From: Cystobasidiomycetes sp. EMM_F5
Lineage: Eukaryota
Reading direction: 5' to 3'
NCBI GenBank assembly: GCA_051047955.1
Contig: JBPGPT010000040.1
Span: 62,001-121,243 of the forward strand
DNA length: 59,243 nucleotides
The notes under the pieces were generated by a model. The model did no database searches and had not been told where the DNA came from. It saw nothing but the letters and a program-made list of their open reading frames with translations. This document shows positions 1 to 12,700 of this stretch, piece by piece. The position numbers and the translations under genes were made by a program. Position 1 is the first letter of the stretch, and every line of letters begins with the position of its first letter.

Positions 1-473
1 ATATGGCAAGCCGGCGACAAGCGTGGGTACGACCAATGGATGCCAGGACTAGAGCCAGAGCCGGAGGATCTCGTCATCTACAAGCAATATCCCAGTCCAT
101 TCTTCGGCACCACTCTTGCTACGTCGTTGCGACACATGGGTGTGGATACGTTAGTGCTCTGTGGAGTTTCGACGAGCGGTTGTGTGCGAGCTGCGGTGGG
201 GCACGAACAGATAACATCGAAGACAATACTGAAGCTGTCGCTCATTCTTTTAGACATTGGATGCAATGTGCCATGGCTTCAGACCAATGGTGAGCAGGGT
301 TGGAGCAGAGTCCCAGGCTGAGCTGATAGAACGGCCAGGTTTGCCGACCAGCATGCGGTGACAAGTCTCAGGAGGTTCAGGAAGCGAATCTGTACGATAT
401 GAACCGTAAATATTGTGATGTGATAACAGAGCTCGACGCAATCGAGCATCTGCAGAAACCTTGGAGCCGATGA
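1..473 (+). CDS. Isochorismatase-family cysteine hydrolase (N-carbamoylsarcosine amidase/maleamate amidohydrolase-like), 5' partial
   Basis: Spliced translation KQYPSPFFGTTLATSLRHMGVDTLVLCGVSTSGCVRAA|TLDAMCHGFRPM|...ACGDKSQEVQEANLYDMNRKYCDV; conserved K..S.F.GT.L and G.STSGCV motifs; TGA at 471-473. Confidence 0.85.
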
Positions 474-571
474 AGCTTTGTCCCTTAAGTATCCGTTCAA
501 GTTGTCGTAAACAACATCCTCTCTCCACGCCTGAATTCGTGCCGTGATACTGCTGCTTTTTGGATCTGAAT

Positions 572-2780
572 TTACAACGCCTGCTCCGCTATTGGCATCG
601 CCCTTCTCCTCCTTCGAGCTCGAAATCGCGGGCCAAACGTCACCTCGATGTACCACAACGGCGCGCACACTACAGCGATCAATGCCATGGTCGTGTACAT
701 CCAGCCTGGGCCCAGTGCCTGGAGCAGCGGATCGACTATGGCAGTACCCCCAGCTCCGAGCAAACAGCGGGAGAGATTCATTGATGCAATGGCCGATGCT
801 GAGGCTTTTGGGAAGAGGTCGACCCTGTCACATGGACGTTAGGAGATCAAATCCGCGAAAACAGCGTTTCTTGCTCACAAAAGCGTGGAGTGACTGTTCG
901 TTATCGTTGTGCTCGTGATACCTACGATAAATTGGAGAATGAGCGGGACTGCCAGATGAGCTCTGCACTGTACCGCCCATCCATATCCGATGACTGAACC
1001 AGCAAGTAAAACGAAATAGTACGCTATGAACGGCCGTCAGCAGTGCGCTATACTCTGGCATTTACGATCGCAGCGATATTCTCACGTATAGTGCGCAGTC
1101 TTGCATGCTCTATTGGGAAGTCGTCGCCGTCTGTGCGTGCGACTTGCATATCTTTATGCTGCTTCCTGAACTTCTCGACGGTCAAGCGGTAGTCTCGGTC
1201 TAGCCTACGAGTGTTGAGCAGAGCCGCTGCAATGCAGCCGGCACCGAAAGCGAGGAAACACAGGCCGATCTCGCTTTCGTTCAATCCATAAGGTGCCTGT
1301 AATACAACGGCAACCGAAGTAATGACACTGTAGAAAAGTGTATCTATAAGGACATGCAATCATCAGACCGCATAATCTTGACATTGAGATAATTTACTGA
1401 CAGCATATAGCGTTGAAACCGAGAATGAGACAAACATCGGGTTGCCCGAAGTTTTTGACTGAAGCAAGCCAGTCAATATCCTTCCAGCTTTTCGCCGTTG
1501 GACGTTGTTCCTGTATTTGTTCGACTTTACTCGAAGTTGTGTTTCCGTCTGAGCGTTGCCTGAGCCAGTATAGCAGCGACGTGTTGACGGGCTTAGGAGG
1601 AATACTTCCGTTGCCAACGAGAGAGCGCAGAGTCTGTGACAGATGTCAACGAAAATTCTGGCATCCAAAGGCGTCATTACCTCTGGAAGAACGGCTGCCA
1701 TGATAAGGAAGACCACACCAGAAAAAGCTGCCAGAAATGCAAAGATTCTGCATGGGGCGTAAATCAGGACGGAGCGCAAAGAGACTGCCGTCCAGGCTCA
1801 GCTTACGATTGCCAGCCAAAAGCTTGCGTCATGAGCCCGCCGATTACCGGTCTGCAGAAAAGATGTCAGCCTGGAGACTGAAGAAGAAGCCAAAGAGAGT
1901 CAACTGACCCGATGGTCGGACCGAGCTGAGGTCCCAACTGGTATATTCCCATAAATCCGCCTCGTTCTGATCTATCAGCAATATCCCCGATGAATCCGCC
2001 GCCGATAGAATTGACTGATGCAGAACCAGCTGCCTGGAGGAACCGCAGAGCTACCAAGGCTGGGTACGTTTTTGTCGCTGACAGTCCTGCAGATGCCGCG
2101 ATGTAGACACAAAACGTTGCCAAAAGGACCGGACGTCTTCCTTTGACATCGCAAATCGCGCCCCCTGTTCTTCGACAAATAATAAGCAAACATCATAGGC
2201 GCTGTAAAACATGGTGTCGCACATATGCTCGGTGTGACTCCTTGTGCGACTGCAGGATATTCAGCGCGTGTATTGAGACGATGGCACCTCAACCCCTTAC
2301 TCATGCTGCAGACATATCAGTACAGACCGCATGCTGCAAGCAGAGTCTTACATACTATGCGGTGACGGACAGATTGACATTTTGTACAGAAGTGTGGAGA
2401 CTCTGCGAGCATGTCCTAAGCCACGCGTTGTCCAGTTTTGACAAAGTAACCTACCTCTGCTACTGCTGTGATTGCGGAAAAGAAGATCTGAGCAATGTCT
2501 TGTCAGCATGCAGCTGAGCAATCGTTATTACACTCGTGTTAGCTGAACCTACATTCGCTGACATCGGCGAGAATATGCCTGCGACTGCCACCAGCAATAC
2601 TAGCGGCCATTTTTGCTTGCGAGTTAATACATGGTACGGGGGGTTGTCATGTTCGGATTGCGGTGGCCCAGAGTCTGCTACTTTCTCGAGCTCTCCAGAT
2701 GCATCGTCATCGCATGTATCCCTGACCAATCCAACAGGCTGGCCCAGAACATTCTCGAGTCTGGGTTCTCCGTCAGGCAT
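572..2780 (-). CDS. MFS drug:H+ antiporter (DHA1, QDR-like), multi-exon
   Basis: PPYHVLTRKQKW N-terminus; motif A-like WGAICDVKGRRP; LRFLQAAGSAS; IGDIADRSERGGFMG; FPIEHARLR; includes a 5-nt micro-exon at 2301-2305. Confidence 0.9.
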
Positions 2781-3186
2781 CTCAGCATGGGTAACGGCTT
2801 GCTATGTTGTTCTCAATGAAGGCTTCTTCGATTTTTGAAGTTGCAGGCGGGCATCAGATTTCGGATGCTCTCCTGCACAGCGCACCGTCGTGTCTAGCGA
2901 CAGTAACGACCGGATGTGCACGGAAGGCTGACCGGCTTGACTGACATCCATCATCTATAGTGCGTGCCCTTTGTGGATGGCATACATGGGCAACCGGCCA
3001 AGGTCGGTCGGTCGCCAATGCCGATCTGCAGGCCGTTTGAACGCCGAGCTGTTATCGTATTCCGGAACAATCAATAGATGCCCAAGCCTGCTACTCGACC
3101 TCCTCTCTTCTTTCTTCACAGCTCAACCTTCTCGCCCCAGAACCTTCGCCTTCCATATAATCTGAACCGTGCTGAGTCTTGTCGAG

Positions 3187-5138
3187 ATGCACGAACTTCC
3201 AAACGACCCCTCTCCACCCCGCTCTTTTCAAGACGTCGAGAAAAGTGCAGACGTTGACGTCGATCTACTCAAGAGTGATGTCGATGTTGCCGTTCAATCA
3301 GCGTCTGAAGAGGAACAAAGCCAGACTCCCGGTGGTCAACAGAAAGGTCTGTCGGCATGGTACAGCAAACTGAGTAAAGCTGGAGTGGAAGTGAGAGGCA
3401 TGCAGCCCGTCCCAGAAGAAGAGCGTACAGATGGTCAGACATGGAAACAATTTTTTCATGTAAGTTATGCCGCTACCCATGTGGAAGTTTTCTGACGTTC
3501 GGAACAGTGGTTCGGTGCCGACGTCAACATTCTTTGTTTCTCAACCGGTGGTATAGGTTAGTAAAGTCCTGACTATACATATCGTAAACCCTAGTAACGC
3601 TACCGAAAAAGCCACCTTTGTGATGGGAGTACGTAAATCCACGGTGCATAAATATTTAGCTAAACCTCGCTGTCCCAGATGGGTCTCCGCGATGCCGCCC
3701 TCACAATACTGTTCTTCAACCTCTTAACATGTATTCCTCCGGCATATATTGTGACATTGGCACCGAAAACCGGAATGCGACAAATGATATTGACACGGTA
3801 CTCATTCGGCTACTGGGGCGCTTCCATTCCAGTCCTCTTCAATCTTATGTGCACATTTGGCTACGGTATTACTAACAGCATTGTCGGTGGACAAGTGAGT
3901 GTAGATGAACAGCAAGCAATTTAAGAGGGGCTAAAGTGTTGACACCACAGGTTCTGGCCGCAGCGGCATCACCGCAATTCCCTTGGGAAGTCGGTGTGAC
4001 AGTCGTTAATCTTGTAGCTTTGGTCGTTACCTTCTTCGGCCTCCGCGTGGTCTCTTGGCTCGAGCGAGTCAATTGGATCCCAGCAACCGTAGCCTACATC
4101 GCTTTGATAGCCCTCAATGCCACCAAGATTGCCAATCAGCAGGTTCGCAAACCCGCTACTTCTATGCAGGTCTTGAACTTCGGTGCCATTGTCGCAGGTT
4201 GGTGATCCCTGCCTCGTTGCTTTTGCTGCATAATACTGACAGTAGTGCAATGCATGCAAAGGCTTCCAAATGACGTGGTAAGTGTGCTTGTTATCCTGAT
4301 GACCAACGTACGCTGATGAACGGACACAGGTTCGCTATTGCTCCAGACCTCTGCGTCTACCACCGGCCAGATGCAAGCAAATGGAAGCTTGCTCTATCCG
4401 TTTATCTTGGCATGGTTCTGCCTGTGACTGGCTTGATGATTCTTGGTGCGGCGGTCGGATCCTCGAACAATCCAGCCTGGACCCAGGGGCGAAACAGTGG
4501 CCAATTGTACGGACTCATGGCAGCCATCATGGAACCCTATGGAGCAGGCGGCAAGTTCCTCAACTTCCTATTCAGCATGTCAATGATCGGCAACCTTTGC
4601 ATGAGGTCAGTACTCCTACTCGGAAAACAGCATGCCGTTGGTACTAAACGATATGTGTGATCTGCACAGCATTTATGCCAAAAGTCTGAATTTGCAGCTG
4701 TTGCTGCCGTTCCTTACGAGGGTTCCGCGACCCCTCATGGCCGTTCTCGTTGTGGTGATCACGATACCCATCGCAGCTGCGCGAGCTCGAAGCTTGTACA
4801 CCGATCTGAGCAACTTTTTGGGAATAGTAGGAGTCTGGATTTCCGCTTACGTCCCAGTCATCTTGGGCGAGCATTTCATCTTCCGCAAAAACTCGTATAA
4901 GAACTACAACGTAGCGGTGTGGGACAAGGCTTCTGCTCTTCCCCTGGGCGCAGCAGCCGTCATAACGTACGCTTCCGCTTGGGGAGTCGCCATTCCAGCG
5001 CTGCGAAAGACTTGGTACATCGGGCCCATTGGAGCGACCGCAGGAGATATCGGATTCGAGTTAGCGTTCGCTACTTCGACAATCTTGTACCCCATCCTTC
5101 GTTACATAGAGATCAAGTTGTTCGGGAGACGTGGATAG
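3187..5138 (+). CDS. NCS1 purine-cytosine/vitamin permease (Fcy2/Tpn1-like), multi-exon
   Basis: GVEVRGMQPVPEEERTD; GLRDAALTILFFNLL; PKTGMRQMILTRYSFGYWG; WYIGPIGATAGDIGFE; YPILRYIE C-terminal motif. Confidence 0.9.
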
Positions 5139-5555
5139 CTATATGAACAGATGTGATGAGTTTGTAAGGTCAGTGCTTTCAGCTTCAAGTTAGATAAATA
5201 CGCAGGGAAAAGGGTAGTATATGTGCCACAGGGGCGAGACAGCTCTTGGATCGGGATCGTAACCAAGACGTACGTGAACACAAAGCTCGCTAAAGGAGAG
5301 ATTGAAGGGTCAACACTTGCGTTCAGTGTCCGTTACCTTTTTACACCTGAGACATGGCCGTTTCACCCCCTGCACACCCGCTGTGCCAAGGTGCAGGGGA
5401 CTAACCGTTCGACAGCAGCCTCCTGTATTTGCGATAGCTCCGTTGACGAAACTATCAACCTACGTCCTGCTGCCATCCGCTTTCTTGTCCCTTTACCTCG
5501 CAGCCGTCACGGTGTCGATATTCAACGGCCGAAAATTCTGACTGCTGACACCACC

Positions 5556-8199
5556 ATGACAGGAAACCCGGCCTACTCACACTCCAAAGTCAGACACTTC
5601 GTCTTTGGCGCTGCCATCCTCACAGATCTTGCAATCTGCGCTCTCGCCGTCGTACTCTTCATTCGACCAGTTTTCCTCCCACTCGATCCGGATGCTCAGA
5701 TCTGGCTGTCGAAACTGCCAGCACTGGCTTCAGTCGTAGGCAGTGCTATCGCTGGGCTGAATGGATGGGCACTGTCGGAGATTATCATCGCAAAGTGTAA
5801 ACGCCATATTTCAAGTCACGGTGAGCTTGTTCAGTCTGGTATACTTTGTAACTCTCTATTAATCAGATGAATGGCTACCCTGAAGGCCTCACGCTCCGAA
5901 AGGTACTCTCCTGCTTGCTGGCAGAGTGCAGTCCAATCCTGACCATAAATTGCAGCTCGAGAGTCTTGGCTTTGTTTCTAACGGGGGTTATCCAAACGAG
6001 TTTTCCTGGCTTCTTGTCTTTGCGCTCGCTACACTTGCGGCGAAAGCGTTCGTCCCGTCAGCGCTTGTCGCATCCCTCACACCAGCACTTGTTTTACAAG
6101 AAACAGCTGGCACTACAGCTGCTGTTGGCTTCTCCTCATCCTCCTTTCGGGGTGGGCAGCCAGATATTGTGAGGACAGCCCCGATTTCAATGGTAATGCC
6201 GCATCAAGCGTGACTGACTCTTTCTCCATCAGCAATGTCAATATGGACTAACATACGGCTGTCGGTCAAGCTTCATATATCGCATGCTCATCCAGCTGAC
6301 TTACGATAATCGTTCTCTGCGGTGTTTAATTCAAATACAGATGGATATCAATGCCCTATGAACCAACGTTACGGCGCAATCTACGATGCAGCTGTCGCAG
6401 TATTTACCGACTCCATTCCTGAAGTATACGTCCGGTCTGGGTGAGTCTTGGCTAAGGGTAGGAGCTCGTCGCCCAACTGAATGTACGATGAACAACAGAG
6501 TTTCATATCCATCCTCACTCTCGGGCCTGAGCGGAGCAGTCTCCTTGCTGTCTAAAGATATTTACCAACAAATTGCAAAGTCCTCTGAAGTCAAGCCTAC
6601 CACCCAAGATGTTTTACGAATCTGCCTGCCCCGAATGAATGTCAACACCAGATGCTCGCCAAATATGCGACCAGGCATGTCACTCGGAACCGTACAACAG
6701 AAACTGCAGATAAGGCAACCGCAGTATATTACCGAGTTTACGCTTAACTCTGGCGGATCGCCAATTGATTTCAAGTGAGATGCTGTCCCTCTCAATGATA
6801 TGCAAGGCTGAACTCTCATTGCTCAATCAACCTACCATATTTTCTGTCTTCGTAGTACTTGTCCGTTGCCTTACCTTTCCATGCCAACACTTTCTGCTTG
6901 ACTGACGCACATATGCATCTGCAGTTCCAGACTATGGCGCTGGCAGCATAGCTCCCTTTGGTGTGCGTCTCCCGCAGAATGGAGGGATGTCGGCCGTCTA
7001 CATTGCCAGTTCTGGACGCTACGTTACCGATCTCGGTAGCGCCAATATCGAATGCAATGTCACTGCGGTAGAGGAGCAAGTAGCCTTGCGAATCGTTGGC
7101 GGTCAAACAGTGGAACTCGATACAGATCGCTCCTGCCCAACTATGGCGCAACCGAGCGCCGCTTGGCTGCCTCATCTGACTTTTCTTGCCCAAGTATGGC
7201 AGTATTCATTTTAGTAATAGCAAGAGTTGCACGCTGAGCATTTCTTTTCTTTGGCTACAGATGGTGCTCCAAAAGCAGCAAGGTCAGGACGGTCGACTGG
7301 AAATGATTTCGTTGTTCCGCCCGAATGGCAGTATCACCAGGATTGACAAGCTCGCTTCCGCCCTGACTCGAAGTGTCGCTATCGGAGTGAGTTTTCTCGA
7401 ATGACATTGTTCAGCAGTTCGCAAACTGAAGGCATGGAAGGCGACCGAGATGTATGCCAACTTATACTCCCAGCTGGGAAATCAGTCATCGATCGCAACT
7501 TATCCGCAACAATCGTTCACCTACGCTACTCCGCGCAGCCGCTTGGGAAATGCAACATGGGTAAGTCCTGCTCGATGCCCGCTTTCTTGACTATGTGACG
7601 AGCCATTCTCCGTTGCGACATAGCAATCACTGCTCTTCCTGATTGCTCCCGTCTTCTTTATTATTGTTGTACTCTGCGGCTGGATCGCTCACGGATTCAC
7701 GAATGAAGCTGATCTACACATGAATCCGCTCGATGTAAGTGGAAGCATTTCGGCATCGAGATGCGAAAGCTGATACTCGTATTCGACAAGACTGCTGCCA
7801 TTGCAGTTGCTGGGATGAACGGCTTCAATGTCCCGCCAGAGGTGCGATACTCCATTTATCATCCTAGGAGCATAGACTGACTTTGCATTGTCTGCTCAGG
7901 TCGCTGAAGAGTGCGTTTGCGAGGCAGAGTTTGGCAAACGCATGGATCACCTACAATTCCGCTATGGTATCAACCCTGCAAAGCCTGCGATTTTGGGTCT
8001 TACAGCTGGCCATGCAGACACTCCTCTTCACGGCGACCTGTATGGCGATAACACAGCCCACAACCAGATGTATGGCAAGGGAGTACCAACGCCCGTCCCG
8101 TCACCAGCTTTGCCTTTTAATCAGAATGCACCACCACCGATGGCTTATAATGGAGCACCTCAAAGCTATATGGCAGTGCAGTCTTATACGACATATTAG
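5556..8199 (+). CDS. Uncharacterised fungal membrane protein (about 3 N-terminal TM segments, large luminal region, 1 C-terminal TM), many exons
   Basis: Hydrophobic segments FVFGAAILTDLAICALAVVLFI, LASVVGSAIAGL and WLLVFALATLAAKAFVPSALVASLTP; chain of GT-AG introns; late hydrophobic stretch followed by NPLD and a Pro/Gln/Tyr-rich tail ending TAG 8199. Confidence 0.65.
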
Positions 8200-8420
8200 G
8201 CGTCGTGCAGTCTCTGGCGGATCAGACGGGAATTAATGCAATTAATGCAGGTAGAATGCAGATTTAGCAAAAAGTTGGGTTAATTGGCGGGATTTAGCGG
8301 TGAGATGTTGATGTTGTGCTAGCATATTTTATTGCAAGTTCGCATTGAGAATTGGGGTCAAGCTTCTATGACTTTCGCTATTGACCCAACATACCCATTT
8401 CAATCTGCTGGTATGATTGG

Positions 8421-9556
8421 TTAGGGAGCTATTGGCGGACTGCAGCCGAAACCCCTAAGATTTTGCAGTATGCACTGGGTATAGTGCCATTCACATAACC
8501 GCTTGTCGGGCAGATCGGAGGTGGGTGTCTGTGGATGGAAGCGTGCGCGTGTAATGTGCTTTCCGTGGTACTGACCCAGTGATTCCTCTCGAAATGTGTG
8601 CACATAATAACTACCTTCGGCATCGTCCTGGAAAGGAGAATGTGCGAATTTAGCGCCTTCCGGCGTGGTATTTCTATTCATCCATAACATTACTGACTGC
8701 GGGAAACAAAGATAGTTCGTAATTGTGAAAAGATCCATGGATCGCAAGGTCGAGAAGTATGCCATAGCCCCCAAGATACGGGTAGTTCCTCTGAAAGTCG
8801 TCGCCTAGCAGCTTCTCGTAGACCTAATCAAAAGTAAATTCCGCAACGGGTAGAGCCTGAAACTGTTGGAAGAACGGGTCAACTCACGTCTGTTCTGGCT
8901 TTCGGGACAAGATGAGCGGCTACGGTCGGAATATGCGTTTTATCTGTAACGATGCAATTGTAATCTCGCATTAACACCTCTTCGCGAAACCGGCTCTGCC
9001 CGCGCAAGATTCAGCATCACCGATTGTCACATCGGCCTGTACAAACCTGCAGTGTACTCGCGCTGGAGCCACGACTGGAGCTCGAGGCGTCTGATGCGGT
9101 CTGTGACTTGATTCCTTGCCTCCTTGCACCCTGCGGACCGATTCTCCATGAAAAGCTGACGGTAGCTGGCCGGCATCATGCTCGTGTCAATCGTATGTAC
9201 TGCAGTGTTACAATCTGTACTCGGCACGAACCGTCTCTTGATCTGAACAGATATGAGCCAGGCATCGGAGCATCGTCTGGATTGACGGCTGCTCCTGTAG
9301 CGTCGTTGATATTCAAAAGCAGCCCGTCTTCATTCACGAAACGGTGCATGAGGTAGTCTACAAAACGCCAGGTATTGCATCCTCCACGAGCAAGCCAGTC
9401 GACAGGAATGTTGAAAGGGTCAGGGTAGCCTTGGATGAAAATTACGAGACAGTCACGCCGTCGTGTGGACCATCTGATAGTACGATAAACGCGGCCGGCG
9501 GTTTCCAGCAGTACGGGTGACAACGGCGCGGAGACTTGTCCAGCATTCATAGACAT
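8421..9556 (-). CDS. Fungal HNH endonuclease-domain protein (HNH_2-like)
   Basis: Spliced core Q|SRFREEVLMRDYNCIVTDKTHIPTVAAHLVPKARTD|VY...YGILLDLAIHGSFHNYELSLFP...YHGK...PDKRLCEWHYTQC; start codon uncertain. Confidence 0.75.
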
Positions 9557-9708
9557 GTAGTGTCACGTATGGAGTCGCAGACCTCTTGCATGTGTTCATG
9601 TGATTGTTGACGAGTCCAACTTGGACAACATGCCTCGATACCGGTACTCGTTCACTCGCCTTGACACTGACCCGGCCAGCAAAGCACCAGCATGCACCGT
9701 CCAGCGCC

Positions 9709-12700
9709 ATGGCGACAATCAAGGAAGCGCGTTATACGACGCAGTACACCGGCCTGGTGTCGACGGCTTCCCTCGCTGTCGCCTTCATCGTCCTCATGAC
9801 GGCAGCCTACGAGGTGTTTCCACGTCTGAGGCGAGATGTCGCGGCCAAACGCACCGTCCCCTCCGTCGAGGACTACACAATGGGCTACCTCTACAGGCCA
9901 CGCTTCTTCTTCATGAAGGGGCCAATGTCACGGCGTCCGTTTGGCTGGATCGCTCAAGCCCTTCGTCCACAAACATGGTTCTTCCGCCACACTGGCCTCG
10001 ACAGTGCAGTCTATGTCCGTTTTGTCGAGGGATGCTGGTACTTTATGGCCTCGCAGGTCCTGACTACCGCTGTCGTGCTCATCCCGCTCCACATATCCTA
10101 CGCTCCCGACTCTGTCCTGCCTTCATCCTTGGCAAGAGCGTCAGTCACATCGCTAATCGATTCTACGAGCGGAGGCCGTGATAGACTGTGGGTGCACACC
10201 GTCCTCCTCTACTGGCAGTCGATCTGCTGGATAACAGTCATGGCATGGGTCGGATGGGGCAATATACGCATGCGAAGGGAACAGATCCTCTACCCTATGC
10301 GGGATTGCAAGCCGCTCGACGATGAAGTAGGTGCTGCGTCACCTCCTGGACAGGGGCACGAGAGAGGAAGGCGATTCCGCACAGTCAAAGTCTCCAACAT
10401 ACCGCCCCACATGCGGAATGAAGGAGCTCTCCGAAGCTACTTTGATTCCTGCCTATCCTTTATCCGCAAGGGAGTGCGGACATCGACGGATACTGTCACT
10501 CCTGTCACTCCAGTGACCGCAATATCCAGTATCTCTCTTGTCCGACGACTCAATGAGGTGCAAGATCTCGTCAAAAAGCGTAGAGCGGTATTGCTGGAAC
10601 TCGAAGGTGCTCATGTCCTCCTATCACGCAACGTTCTCGAAGCCGTGAAGCAGCACGTCCGCAAGCGTGATCTACCCCCACCTGCCTGGCAAAGCGCGCC
10701 ATGGAAGTTTCGCTTGCCGACAATGCACAAGGAAAAGGAGCCGGAACTGGACAACAATCTAGATTACCTCACCGAAAAGTTATGGACGCACCTACGGGTA
10801 GACAGCCTGGAGCGGCAAGCTTGCGTCAAGCGATACGGTGACACCCCCGAAAATCTTACAATCTGGGAGAGCCTGTCACAACTGCCTCCCAAGATTCTAG
10901 ACAGGTATCAGCCCATCGTCAAACTACAGATGTTTCGAGGTCAAGTGGCTCCGTCTATCGATTACAATTTGACCAAATTCAACCTGTTGACGGTGAGATT
11001 GCTTCTGCTTGTACATTGACTCTACTGATTCGTGGGCCCCAGTCGCTTGTTGACGATCTGCGAGCTAAACCAGAATCGTATGCCGCCACAGATACGGCCT
11101 TCGTGACATTCAATGAAGCCAGCGATGCACGTCTTGTTAGACGCGAGCTTAGCTGGATTCGTACACGAGATCTGACTTGTCGAGTTGGCATGGCACCGGA
11201 CGTTCGCGATCTCGACTGGTCGAAGCTCGCTATGGCAAGCTTTCGTAGCACATATCTTCGCGGATTTATTATACACACGCTTGTATGGATCGCAACCATC
11301 GTATGGCATCATCATGTTTCGTTCTTGAATAATTCTGACTATCCTACATCGACAGGTTTGGATCATACCCGTTGGAGCACTCATAGGTCTAGTCTCGATT
11401 GACAATCTGTCAACCCGAATTCCAGCACTGGCAAATTGGCTCGACGGGAATCCAAAGGCAAAGTCACTCGCTTCTTCCCTCATTCCTACCGTCATGACAG
11501 TTATAGTGAACATGTTGGTGCCGACTATTATCATTCAAGTAAGCGGGAGGGGTCAGACTTTCGTCACCCTCTCGAAACTGCATCACGCAACGTGGTGTCG
11601 TTATTGGAAGTGGGCTGTAATCAACATTGGTAAGTGGATGCGTAGTTGCATAATACATTCTCCCATCTGATGGCAATCTGAAGTCATCGCATTTTGCGCC
11701 GGTACTGCTCTGTTTACAAGCTTGCTTGGCATATTCACTGGCGAAAGCCTTTCAGATACTGCAGACAATCCGCTTAACGTGATAGCGTCATCCTTTTCAA
11801 ACGGCGCCATCTTCTTTGTATCTTATACCATCCTTATCATTGGTACGCAGTGTGAGTGAGCTGTAAGCTTACTGTATTCTGCCTCCTGCTCAAAAGACTC
11901 GGTACGACAGGCTTCTTTGAGCTGGCGCAGTTTATGATTCCTTGGTTCTTATATCTCGGAGTGCGAAAAGCGACTACGCCACGTGCACGATTTCAAAAGA
12001 CGGAACCAAGACGCTTCTTCGCGTACACTATTGGGCCCAATCACACTCTAGTCATTGCAATCATTCTCGTCTTCTCTCTTCTCAATCCCTTACCGATATG
12101 TGTACGTCTTATCCTTGGATGCTGACGAGTCGTCGACTGACTTTCCCGTGCAGTTTGTTTTCGTTTACTTTACATGCGCGGTCCCGGTCTTTAAAGATCA
12201 CGTAAGCTTAAGACCAGGCTATGCCGGATCGCGCGCTAATCACCCGTCCAGTTCGCTCGCGTATACTGGCGCGCCTACTATGAGCAGCATGGCCGTCTGT
12301 TCTACCCCCGTCTGATGCGTTTCAGCCTGGATGCTCTGACTTTGGGCCAGGTCGTCAACATGGCATTGTTCTTCGTCCTGAAGGATGGTAGCAATGGCGG
12401 GGCTTGTGCAGCCTTGATACCAATAACGGTCATCACGAAGCTGATCCTAACGAGATGGTACGATCAGCACATGGATGCGGCAGATGCAGCGTTCGCCGAT
12501 GCCGTTTGCCGCAATGACGTCCATCCCGACGCTGCCTCAATCCTCGGAGACGCTCAACCGCAGACCTCGGCGGAGAGGCGCGAGCGCCGCAAGGCAGTCA
12601 ACACTTATCTGTCTACTTTGAGGTTGCCCGAATTGACAATCAAAGCAACTCTGAAGCTGCCGCTCACGCGTGGGCCGAAAGTCTTGCGAGCTAGCAAAGG

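Noticed and set aside
3557..3678. Possible TPP riboswitch in a long intron of a vitamin/nucleobase transporter
   Set aside because: The CTGAGA and GAACCTGAT...ACCAGCG core motifs are absent, and the length is explained by a 17-nt micro-exon.
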